The position numbers and the translations under genes are program-made. The notes under the pieces were generated by a model. That model saw only the letters and a program-made list of their open reading frames with translations, was not told the DNA's origin and ran no database searches. Source: a virus (taxonomy: Duplodnaviria > Caudoviricetes). From it: a stretch of 64,000 bases of DNA. Positions 1 to 8,110 of this stretch are shown in pieces (position 1 is the first letter of the stretch; each line of letters starts with the position of its first letter). Where the stretch lies: positions 1-64,000 of the IMG/VR virus record IMGVR_UViG_2830687482_000006; one strand, given 5' to 3'.

Positions 1-105
1 CAGCTCTCCTTTGCCTGTTCCTGAATGAGTGACGTTTGGTCCCCATTGAGTTTGATTTTTTGTTTGGTTATTTTGATCTGTGAGTTTGTAAACTTTGATT
101 GTCAT
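1..105 (-). CDS. phage hypothetical protein, 5' part (runs off window edge)
   Basis: AGGAG SD then ATG at 105; MTIKVYKLTDQNNQTKNQTQWGPNVTHSGTGKGEL open to position 1. Confidence 0.6.
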   Translation of the reverse strand, partial: MTIKVYKLTDQNNQTKNQTQWGPNVTHSGTGKGEL

Positions 106-301
106 TTTGAAATCTCCTGAAATTGATCTGAAAAGCGTTCGCTAGAACAGGCTCCCTAAGGGACAATCACTTTATCACCCTTGCGGTCCTGATAGCGATG
201 GTGATAGGTAGCCTCATCACCCTTGTCAACAACAAGGTTGACGTCAACAACAAGGTTGACGTCAACCTTTCCATCTTTACGCTTATGTGTTGCTTGAAAT
301 G

Positions 302-604
302 TCATTTGCTTTCTCCTTCTAAAATTGTTCCGTTATTAACTTCCATTTCGATTGTAGTCGCAATTCTGTCTGCTACTCGTAGAGGATACAGAATTGCGAA
401 CTCTTTAGCACTCAGAATTAGGCGACTAATCCTGACTGGAATACCGTCTAGTTTAGCATACCAGAATAGAAAAGACCGATTGGAGCTATGATGTTTTCCC
501 AAGCGAGCGACCAGTGCTTCCCCATCTTTAGAATCGAGAATATGAAAACCGCTGGTTTGCGGGGGAAGCTCAACGTGGAGCATTTGTGGATAGCTAACAA
601 GCAT
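302..604 (-). CDS. hypothetical protein
   Basis: 100-aa ORF overlapping the next gene in the minus-strand run. Confidence 0.55.
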   Translation of the reverse strand: MLVSYPQMLHVELPPQTSGFHILDSKDGEALVARLGKHHSSNRSFLFWYAKLDGIPVRISRLILSAKEFAILYPLRVADRIATTIEMEVNNGTILEGESK

Positions 605-1163
605 AACTTATCTCCTTAATAAAAGCAGTGTTTTGATTGGTATCAACTGTAAGAATAAATTGTTGGCCCTCAAAGTCGATTTCGGGGTAGGGAGTGCGAG
701 CAATGGTCTGATAAAGATCATAGGCATCAATTGAGGATTTATGCTGCTGCTGTGCCTTGTTATATCCGTTACAGAGAAGGTTGACCGTCAACCTTTTTAG
801 GTTTTCGTCCACCATGTCATGGGTTTTCTCTACCATTTCTGTAAAAATTTCTCTTTCCTCACATTCGAGGTCGGACAACTCTGGAAGAGTATCTCCATAG
901 CTTTCCATATCTTCCCAAACTGAGCTTATATCGCTCTCCAAGCGGATTGGTTCCCAAGGTGCTCGAACGAATTGGGTTGCCCCAATGGCTTCAAACTCAT
1001 TTTCAGCGGTCCCTTGAGGTTGACCGAAATGTTCAACAACATCATGGGCAATGAGACTCATATGAGTTGCGGCATTGAGGCGTTCATTATGTTCGGTCCC
1101 TTTAATATACAATCCTGTTTCTCTTAAATTCTCATCGGTTTTTACTATCAGGTGAATTTTCAT
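594..1163 (-). CDS. hypothetical protein (acidic, HDxxEH possible metal-binding motif)
   Basis: 189-aa ORF, stop/start coupled with upstream gene; LIAHDVVEHF segment. Confidence 0.75.
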   Translation of the reverse strand: MKIHLIVKTDENLRETGLYIKGTEHNERLNAATHMSLIAHDVVEHFGQPQGTAENEFEAIGATQFVRAPWEPIRLESDISSVWEDMESYGDTLPELSDLECEEREIFTEMVEKTHDMVDENLKRLTVNLLCNGYNKAQQQHKSSIDAYDLYQTIARTPYPEIDFEGQQFILTVDTNQNTAFIKEISYAC

Positions 1164-1501
1164 CAGAAACTCTCCAAAGGTTGACGGTCAACCCTTCTCG
1201 CTTTGTGAAGGTGAAAGAGAACTTGACGAGAACCTTTACGAACAAAATGAGGTTCGATTTCATATACTGAAACTTCAATACCCACTTGGCTCATTCTGCT
1301 GTCTTGACTGGATTTTGGGAACCAGTTACGCATTTGGGTAATTGACTCAAATCCACAATATTCGACGCCGTGTTCGGGACAACCTAAGCCTTCTTGATAA
1401 GGAGTCGGAACAGAAGGCTGCGAGTGGTCTGCTGCCTGATTATAGGCGTGCATGTAAACGCCAATTTGCGTGACTGTCTCAAGACGATATATCCTAATCA
1501 T
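1163..1501 (-). CDS. hypothetical protein
   Basis: 112-aa ORF coupled to neighbours. Confidence 0.7.
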   Translation of the reverse strand: MIRIYRLETVTQIGVYMHAYNQAADHSQPSVPTPYQEGLGCPEHGVEYCGFESITQMRNWFPKSSQDSRMSQVGIEVSVYEIEPHFVRKGSRQVLFHLHKARRVDRQPLESF

Positions 1502-1775
1502 GGGGGTCAGCCTCCCGGATTAGTGAACGAGATTGGTCCAGAATGATTTTCTCAATTAGATTTGGGTCTGCATTTATTTGCGGAGCCAGCCAATTAGAAA
1601 ACTTGGTTTCGCAAATGAAACCGCAGGAATGAAAAGTCCAATCCTCACAATAAGAGGACATGATACCCACATCTGGTTCGGCTGGGAGCCAGTATGGTTT
1701 AAGTTCGACTTCAAATTCTATTTCGGAGTCGATTTCAAGGGTCTCGAATAGGTTGGTTTGATCGAAGGTAAGCAT
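1494..1775 (-). CDS. hypothetical protein (acidic)
   Basis: 93-aa ORF with AGGAG SD. Confidence 0.7.
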   Translation of the reverse strand: MLTFDQTNLFETLEIDSEIEFEVELKPYWLPAEPDVGIMSSYCEDWTFHSCGFICETKFSNWLAPQINADPNLIEKIILDQSRSLIREADPHD

Positions 1776-2003
1776 AATAATCTCCTAAACTGTCTTGATT
1801 ACGATGTAGTGGGTTAGGAAACTGACTAAGGTTGACGTCAACCTTTATTAGTTGAGAATGAGAAAGCTTATAATCCTCACTGAAAATATCAGCAGCCACC
1901 ATTTTGAGGGAAATTTAATATAAATTTTGCTGCCTCATGCTGGGCCTGTAATCGACCTAAAACCGGGGGGTTTTGTTTTGTGATCTATCAATTTGGTTTT
2001 CGG

Positions 2004-2207
2004 TTATCGGTTATCGTAATAGCCCTTGACGTATAAGTCATGTAAAGCAGACACAGAGCTGTCTTTTCGGATAGGAATGCGCCTGTCATTGAAGATGAAA
2101 ATGAATTTAGCATCATCAGGAAATGTTTGGACGAGATTTATAGCATCCTCCAAACATTTCCTAATGTGGCCCGAATAGGGTTTTAGGGTGATTTCAAACA
2201 GGGTCAT
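2004..2207 (-). CDS. hypothetical protein
   Basis: 67-aa ORF overlapping end of upstream gene. Confidence 0.6.
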   Translation of the reverse strand: MTLFEITLKPYSGHIRKCLEDAINLVQTFPDDAKFIFIFNDRRIPIRKDSSVSALHDLYVKGYYDNR

Positions 2208-2553
2208 TGTTGAGATAGCCTTTTAACCAGAGTTGATGCTCTTTCGGGTTGTTTTTCTTCGTGTATGGATTGGATTTTATCGGCTGTTTTCGCTCCCATG
2301 CGTAGAAGCCTTCTGCTTCTGGGTCTAGGTTGACGTCAACCTTTTTCGGTTGGGCCATGCGCCGTCTAGCGTTGATGAGTCGTACCATTTGGAGCTGCTT
2401 TTCCCAGTTAGGAATTGGGGTTTGATCTGGCACCCCCTGGGCAAAAGGTAAAGTGCTGCCCTTTGATGTAGACATATCCATGACGTCAGGAATTACAAAT
2501 TGAATACCTGTGGATAGTAACGGAGCAGGATGGGGGTCAGCATTGGTAAACAT
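2194..2553 (-). CDS. hypothetical protein with C-terminal Rmf-like motif
   Basis: AAGGAG SD before ATG at 2553 (MFTNAD...); C-terminus EGFYAWERKQPIKSNPY...LWLKGY resembles the ribosome modulation factor pattern. Confidence 0.65.
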   Translation of the reverse strand: MFTNADPHPAPLLSTGIQFVIPDVMDMSTSKGSTLPFAQGVPDQTPIPNWEKQLQMVRLINARRRMAQPKKVDVNLDPEAEGFYAWERKQPIKSNPYTKKNNPKEHQLWLKGYLNNDPV

Positions 2554-2554
2554 T

Positions 2555-2713
2555 TCAAAATCTCCTTGGGCCTTCATGGCACATTTCAATGTCGCCGTAG
2601 CGTTCGCAATCGGCTTCCCACATTTTAACCATTGCTCGGTCGAATACGAATAGCAGAATTGTAAGCAAGATTAGGGCTGTGATTGTGATTGTGATTGTGA
2701 TTGTGCGTCTCAT
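2555..2713 (-). CDS. small membrane protein (52 aa)
   Basis: hand-translated MRRTITITITITALILLTILLFVFDRAM...; ATGA overlap with upstream stop; one hydrophobic helix. Confidence 0.6.
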   Translation of the reverse strand: MRRTITITITITALILLTILLFVFDRAMVKMWEADCERYGDIEMCHEGPRRF

Positions 2714-2898
2714 CTGTGAAAACTCACTGGAGCCGTGCTCCGGTAATAACCGTCTTTGGTTTTGGACGTATTCGCTTTGGCAGCGGCTTTCTGGCTGGCA
2801 GTTCTGTAGGGTTTACGGTTGAGGGTGTTGATTGTTGGGCTTTTGTCGCCCTGACGATGCATTCTTGTGAATTGCGTTTCATAACTGGAGATATTCAT
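2710..2898 (-). CDS. small basic hypothetical protein
   Basis: 62 aa, AAGGA SD. Confidence 0.55.
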   Translation of the reverse strand: MNISSYETQFTRMHRQGDKSPTINTLNRKPYRTASQKAAAKANTSKTKDGYYRSTAPVSFHR

Positions 2899-2931
2899 TT
2901 CTAAATCCTTTTCTGGTTGTTAAGGTTGACG

Positions 2932-3036
2932 TCAACCTTTTTCGGTTGGGCTTTTGTCGCTGTCACTGGCGAGCATAGCAGCGGGTGTGTTTGGGTTAAG
3001 GGGCAGGCTTTGCAAAAATAATTGTTCGTTGGTCAT
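2932..3036 (-). CDS. small hypothetical protein (34 aa)
   Basis: MTNEQLFLQSLPLNPNTPAAMLASDSDKSPTEKG; GAGG SD, ATGA overlap with upstream gene; stop TGA lies inside a palindrome copy. Confidence 0.45.
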   Translation of the reverse strand: MTNEQLFLQSLPLNPNTPAAMLASDSDKSPTEKG

Positions 3037-3200
3037 GGTTTAGGCGTCCTCTTTTCCTGCTCTAGTAAATAATCCAGTAGGTCTTGCAGTACGTATCCCA
3101 CACTGTCTTGACATTCACCTTCACTTTCACTTTCACTTTCACCTACACAATCGTATCTTATACGGTAAAGCCGGTCTGAAAGGTGCGTGATTACACTCAT
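3033..3200 (-). CDS. small acidic hypothetical protein (55 aa)
   Basis: GAGAGGA SD; MSVITHLSDRLYRIRYDCVGESESESEGEC...KRTPKP. Confidence 0.55.
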   Translation of the reverse strand: MSVITHLSDRLYRIRYDCVGESESESEGECQDSVGYVLQDLLDYLLEQEKRTPKP

Positions 3201-3301
3201 ATTTTATATCCTCTCAAGAACGCTTGTTAGTTTGTCATAGTCATAGAGATATTCATTTCTAAGTCCTTTTCGGATTGTTAAGGTTGACGTCAACCTTTTG
3301 C

Positions 3302-3350
3302 TGCTTAAATTTTAGGCACAGGGACTCCACGACTGCCTAAAATTTAAGCA
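3302..3350. repeat. perfect 17-bp inverted repeat with 15-nt spacer
   Basis: TGCTTAAATTTTAGGCA (3302-3318) / TGCCTAAAATTTAAGCA (3334-3350). Confidence 0.9.
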
Positions 3351-3410
3351 ATCTTTTAAAATACCAACAACTCGGAATTTTCACTAATTGTTGGTTAGTA
3401 GCCCAGACCC

Positions 3411-3569
3411 ACACCCACATTCAAATTCACATTCTTAAAAATAAATCACATTGTAATGTGATTATGAATCACATTCACACTTACACCCACATTCAAATTC
3501 ACATTGTAATGTGATTATGAATCACACTCACACTCACACTCAAATTCACATTTTAATGTGATTATGAAT
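3411..3569. repeat. non-coding tandem repeats, about 50-bp period
   Basis: CACATT(G/T)TAATGTGATTATGAAT at 3447, 3500, 3547; ACACCCACATTCAAATTCACATT at 3411 and 3483. Confidence 0.9.
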
Positions 3570-3657
3570 AGAACCTGAATGACTTTTATTCTCTATTAAA
3601 TATTTTAGACATTCCCACGCGAAGAAAAAAATAATACAAGTTGCATACTTGTAACAA

Positions 3658-3816
3658 TTATAAGAAAATCCAGTGCTCGCCTTTCTCAAGAATTGGCACA
3701 AATTCCAATTCCCCATTATACAAGTCGTCAAAGTCTCTATCTATTAGGAATTGATTATCTTGGTTTAGGTTGACGTCAACCTTTTTCGGTTGGACCATAA
3801 AGTCGGAATTTTCCAT
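3658..3816 (-). CDS. small hypothetical protein (52 aa)
   Basis: AAAGGA SD; MENSDFMVQPKKVDVNLNQDNQFLIDRDFDDLYNGELEFVPILEKGEHWIFL. Confidence 0.5.
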   Translation of the reverse strand: MENSDFMVQPKKVDVNLNQDNQFLIDRDFDDLYNGELEFVPILEKGEHWIFL

Positions 3817-3868
3817 TGCTTTTCCTTTCTATCAAGAACCAGACACAAACAATCAGCGGGATTGTGGG

Positions 3869-4480
3869 TTATGCCGCCTTCATAGCTTGCTCTAGGTTAG
3901 CGCTAACCTTAGCTTCCAGTTTGGCAATCTTAACCACTAAGTCCGCTAATTGCGCGTTAGCTGCTAAGCTATGAGCTAGAGCATTATCTGCCATTGCGTT
4001 GTCAATATGGTAGTTAAGACTAGATATGGCATGGCTTAGGGTTGCCATATCGGGCGCTTTCTTAGGATTGCTCTCTGCTTGTTGTTGTCGGGGGGCAGTG
4101 TCGCGCCGTACAGTGGTTAGACTTTCACCATTCACCACGCGGTTTATGTGTTCTGAACCCGCGGCTATCACCCGTTTTAAGTCATAAAACCACCCTTTGA
4201 TGGTTGAACCGCAATCGCCGATTGTTGCGCTATCACAGTCAAACTCTTGTTGTGCTTCACCTTTTAACACTTGCAAACGATAATCGTTGATTAGCTGTTT
4301 TTCAACCGCTTCAATTGTTAGCTCACCAAGCGCAATACCGCTTGCGGCGAGCATTGCCCAATTATTCTTGACTTGGGCAGTGGCGGCAATAACGCCGTCA
4401 ATTTTATTAGCTGCGTGGAAACAGCGAGCGCTTGCCAATTCGAAGGCTTTTTGATCAAACTTCATTGTCTTAACTTTCAT
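3869..4480 (-). CDS. hypothetical protein, first gene of the early-type run
   Basis: 203-aa Ala-rich ORF with C-terminal coiled-coil-like segment. Confidence 0.75.
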   Translation of the reverse strand: MKVKTMKFDQKAFELASARCFHAANKIDGVIAATAQVKNNWAMLAASGIALGELTIEAVEKQLINDYRLQVLKGEAQQEFDCDSATIGDCGSTIKGWFYDLKRVIAAGSEHINRVVNGESLTTVRRDTAPRQQQAESNPKKAPDMATLSHAISSLNYHIDNAMADNALAHSLAANAQLADLVVKIAKLEAKVSANLEQAMKAA

Positions 4481-4939
4481 TGTTAGGTTGACACGGCAAC
4501 CTATGGTTTAAGGGCATAGCTTGGGCGTCTCCAAAAGCGCTTGGGGTGCTTTAGGTTTGCGTCGTTTCGCTATGGTTAGAGTTATGAGGTAAGACTAATA
4601 GATTGTCAATCACCAATTAGGTTAAAATGATAAGTCATTGAAATGATTGGATTATTTCTTTGATGTTGCTTGTTTGTTCTTGCTTTGGGGTCGCGGGGAA
4701 GGGTAGGAGGGGGGTCTTGTTCTGGGTCTGTTCTGCACTCCGATAGTCCCCTAGGGAAATTTCTGAAAATTTTTCCAAAATCTGGGGAGGAGCTAGCGGC
4801 AACTGCTCCTCCCCCATCACCTTCGCAAGGAACACACTGAGGAAAACACGCAAAACCCAATGTGTATTAGGCCATTAGGGTGGGATGATGTAGGAGTCAA
4901 GAGCCACACCCAGAAAAACATAAAAATTGCCCTATATTA

Positions 4940-5022
4940 TATACTTATTATATTTTTTAAGTCGTAGTGCGTTAATAAAATATAATATATATAATAACTT
5001 AGTATACAAGTTGCAAACTTAC
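4940..5022 (+). promoter_or_regulatory. AT-rich conserved element, copy 1 (origin- or operator-like)
   Basis: TATTTTTTAAGTCGTAGTGCGTTAA (4951-4975) recurs exactly, inverted, at 56471-56495; both copies are followed by AAGTTGCAWACTT. Confidence 0.6.
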
Positions 5023-5298
5023 CCTATTTTTTACGTTTTCAGCGACACAGCAACAGAACAACTTGGTTTTATCCTAAAAGTAACCCCAACAAACCCTTCC
5101 CCGAGCTTCTCAATCATGTTGAGAAACTGGTTGGTGGTTCTAGAGTCCTCAAAAATAAAACTCAGGAGCATCATCGTCAATGTTACACTTGGCGTCTGTG
5201 TGGAGCTAACAACATTCTAACTGTTTTGATCCCGTTCGGGATAATTTGGTCTAAATTACCCCGCAAATCTCAAAAATGACCCCGAACGGGATAATTTT

Positions 5299-5625
5299 CT
5301 ACCAAAAGACATGATTTCCTATTCGGATACGTCCTTTTCCGAGAGAAAAATGCTTAAAAAATAGGCATCCAATAACCGGATTTTTCTCAAGACCCCCTAA
5401 AACAGACCGAGCTAAAGCCTCATACTGTTTCCAACCAGAGTGATATTTAAGTCCACTAAATTGTCTAGGACTCCACACTACATTGTGGATAGAACGACCC
5501 CATCTACCAGTCCTGACTCGATTCACAATTACCCAAGCTACGGCCAACTGGCCTAAGCGACTTTCGCCTCGCGCTTCGTGATACACCACATTGGCAAGTT
5601 CCTTGACATCATTTTCATTTAGCAT
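5299..5625 (-). CDS. cell wall hydrolase, SleB/CwlJ (Hydrolase_2) family
   Basis: LANVVYHEARGES...LAVAWVIVNRV, QFS and IGNHVFW motifs. Confidence 0.9.
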   Translation of the reverse strand: MLNENDVKELANVVYHEARGESRLGQLAVAWVIVNRVRTGRWGRSIHNVVWSPRQFSGLKYHSGWKQYEALARSVLGGLEKNPVIGCLFFKHFSLGKGRIRIGNHVFW

Positions 5626-5691
5626 TATAGGCAGCTACAAGTCCCGCATCCAAATAACAACCTCATAGAGGTAAACCGAGAGAATAACACG

Positions 5692-6039
5692 ATGATTCCT
5701 TACATTTTCAGACGCGGAGAAGACATTGTAATCGAATTGGATGCCCCTGAAGATAATATCAGTAGTATAACTTCCATAGAAGCTCATATTAGACTCCAAA
5801 AGAATCAGACCCTAACCCCGGGCGATCCCGCACCTCTAGCTTTAGTAGTAATACCTAGACCAAGCACCTCCCAACACCCTAATGGTTGGAGTCTTAAATT
5901 ATCTGCTAATCAGTCAGCCCATCTTATTCCCAACAATATATATGTCGTGGATGCAAAACTGGTTACAAACGGTTCGGTAGACATTACTAGCGTTAGTGCT
6001 ATGTTAAAGGTAACTGAATCTGCGAGTAGTCCTGTATGA
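5692..6039 (+). CDS. putative virion accessory protein
   Basis: 115-aa beta-rich ORF starting a coupled + strand operon. Confidence 0.65.
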   Translation: MIPYIFRRGEDIVIELDAPEDNISSITSIEAHIRLQKNQTLTPGDPAPLALVVIPRPSTSQHPNGWSLKLSANQSAHLIPNNIYVVDAKLVTNGSVDITSVSAMLKVTESASSPV

Positions 6040-6359
6040 GACTTGAGTGGCGTCGTAAGCAGTCTTTGAGACTGAATTGGAGAGGACCCGATAATCGGGT
6101 TCTAGCGATTCCTTACGATGAAGCTATGAAAGTTTTGGCGGAACTACCTTCAGGCTCGAGAAACTCTGATCCGATCATTTATATCCAATCACTGCCTGCG
6201 TCTATTTGGACAATAGCACATAATCTAAATCATTATCCCGATGTCACTCTTTACGATGATACGGATGATCAGATTTTTGGAAATATTCATCACGATGATG
6301 CAAATCAAGTAAGTATTATTTTTTCTACCCCGATAGCTGGAAGAGCTAGAATTGATTAA
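6036..6359 (+). CDS. putative virion accessory protein
   Basis: WTIAHNLNHYPDVTLYD motif, shared with the C-terminus of the next gene. Confidence 0.65.
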   Translation: MRLEWRRKQSLRLNWRGPDNRVLAIPYDEAMKVLAELPSGSRNSDPIIYIQSLPASIWTIAHNLNHYPDVTLYDDTDDQIFGNIHHDDANQVSIIFSTPIAGRARID

Positions 6360-6371
6360 AAGGAATAGAGA

Positions 6372-7034
6372 ATGAAGTATTTAGCCCCAATAGACATGGT
6401 TCTGAACTCTATTCTTAGACTTGTTCTAGAGAAGCTATCAAGTGATCCAACAGGGACCGAGGGTAGAGTTTATTACAACACTACTTCTAAAGAAATTCGT
6501 TATCATAACGGCACAGCTTGGGCAACAATTGGGGCAAATATGACTGCCTCTCAAATTCTTACTCAGCTGCTCACTGTTGATGGAGCAGGATCAGGTCTAG
6601 ATGCCGATTTACTCGATGGTTTGAACGCTTCGGCGTTTGCTCTTGCTGCTCATACACATACTGCCTCCCAAATCACCGATTTTAATACCGTTGTTGATTC
6701 TCGTATTATGGCGGCGTTTACTAACCAAGCGGTCGATGCCACTGTGGATACTATCGCTGAGTTTACTCAACTTATCAAAGATAACCAAGCTAACATCGCT
6801 GCGGTTCTCTCAGTGAAACGCTACCAAACCAATATCGGTAATGGTTCTTTAACAACTTTTACGATTACTCATAACCTAAATACTCTCGACGTGCATGTTC
6901 AGGTAGTGGAAATTTCAACGGGTGAAACTATATGGATTGATGTTGCCAGAAATGGTGTCAATAGTTGTATTCTGACTTTTGGGGCTGGAAATGTTCCTAC
7001 CAATAACCAGTATCGCGTGATTGTTATCGCATGA
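6372..7034 (+). CDS. fibre-like structural protein
   Basis: GRVYYNTT...W and GSGLDADLLDG fibre motifs; FTITHNLNT motif. Confidence 0.7.
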   Translation: MKYLAPIDMVLNSILRLVLEKLSSDPTGTEGRVYYNTTSKEIRYHNGTAWATIGANMTASQILTQLLTVDGAGSGLDADLLDGLNASAFALAAHTHTASQITDFNTVVDSRIMAAFTNQAVDATVDTIAEFTQLIKDNQANIAAVLSVKRYQTNIGNGSLTTFTITHNLNTLDVHVQVVEISTGETIWIDVARNGVNSCILTFGAGNVPTNNQYRVIVIA

Positions 7035-7867
7035 TCACTAATAGAGACCAGCTAATAGATGCTTTAGCGAATAACTCTTCTCGAATTATTTTCGATAAAG
7101 TATCTATTGCCTCTCAAACTGCAAACTCTTTTTGCTCGATGTGGAGAGCTACAGGACAGCCGGGGCAAGGTTCTATTCCTGCTGTTGCTGCAATATGTAA
7201 CAATAACACAATCGGATGTGTTGGCTTTAACCAGCAGACAGCCCCAGCTACCAGTTATTTGGGACTATTAGAGGCTATTTCTTCTAACTCTGCTATGACT
7301 TTCGAGCTTCATGATCGCCTAATGCACATGGGGGGTCTAAATGGAACTCTCACTACGGCTCAAACAGTAGGTATAGATTTAAGTACAAACTTAGGAACAG
7401 ATAATTTAGAGGCTCGTAAAGGGGACACTAATTATTCCGACGTCCAGTGGTGGCTCGAATGGTATACTGCCACCGGTGCTACTGTTGTAAATATTACAGT
7501 AAATGTAACCTATAATGACGGGACGGTAGGAAATCTAAGTACTTTTTCTTTGGCTGCGACTCGACCTGCCTCCCATATGCTTCCATTAAATGGGTATATA
7601 CCTGCGGCACAAAGCGGCAAATATATTAGAGCAGTCAATTCAATCACTTTATCTGCCACAACCGGTGTAGTGGGTAGTTTCGGGGTTACAGCTACTAGAT
7701 ACAGAGGAGCACTAGCCCTACCAATGGCTAATGTACGGTGGTCAGCAGATTGGGCAGGATTGGGCTTAACTAACATTATAAATAACAGTTGTCTTTTTGC
7801 TATACTTCTTACCAGCACTACCTCAAGCGGGACTCTCAGAGCAACAGGTAAAATTATACATGGGTGA
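7031..7867 (+). CDS. putative virion structural protein
   Basis: 278-aa Thr/Ala/Gly-rich ORF coupled to upstream gene. Confidence 0.65.
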   Translation: MITNRDQLIDALANNSSRIIFDKVSIASQTANSFCSMWRATGQPGQGSIPAVAAICNNNTIGCVGFNQQTAPATSYLGLLEAISSNSAMTFELHDRLMHMGGLNGTLTTAQTVGIDLSTNLGTDNLEARKGDTNYSDVQWWLEWYTATGATVVNITVNVTYNDGTVGNLSTFSLAATRPASHMLPLNGYIPAAQSGKYIRAVNSITLSATTGVVGSFGVTATRYRGALALPMANVRWSADWAGLGLTNIINNSCLFAILLTSTTSSGTLRATGKIIHG

Positions 7868-8075
7868 TTTGTGGGGTCAGCATGATAATAAATTATCAGG
7901 AGCATCAGCCCTTTGGGACAGTGATTTAGTGGATTCAATTTTTTCGAAAGATTATTTTGTAACTATTACCGTTCTAAGTTATATTTATAGAGGGGCAAAA
8001 ACTTTTTCTCAAGTCTATAGGGGAGCTAAGACAGAAGCTCAGATTTACAGGGGAGCAGGGAATTTATTTCCTTAA
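7860..8075 (+). CDS. small protein with three (I/V)YRGA repeats
   Basis: ATG at 7860 overlaps upstream gene; IYRGAKTFSQ-VYRGAKTEAQ-IYRGAG. Confidence 0.55.
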   Translation: MGDLWGQHDNKLSGASALWDSDLVDSIFSKDYFVTITVLSYIYRGAKTFSQVYRGAKTEAQIYRGAGNLFP

Positions 8076-8110
8076 TTTGACAAAATGGAACTTTTGGAGT
8101 AGTATGAGTT

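Larger units (their letters stand above)
234..4502. repeat. dispersed palindrome family (A)AGGTTGACGTCAACCT(T), 10 copies
   Basis: copies at 234 (partial), 252, 1828, 2327, 2922, 3280, 3767; spacer variants at 777 (ACCGT), 1177 (ACGGT), 4485 (ACACGG). Confidence 0.95.

Noticed and set aside
234-4502. CRISPR array or FNR/FixK boxes
   Set aside because: Spacing of 360-720 bp through coding DNA is not CRISPR-like; TTGAC-GTCAA lacks the 4-nt spacer of TTGAT-N4-ATCAA
7510-7938. Long antisense/shadow ORFs (also 12370-12681, 13308-13496, 35708-36040, 35833-36237, 49608-49913, 59657-59902)
   Set aside because: They overlap well-supported genes or tRNAs on another strand or frame and show no family motifs
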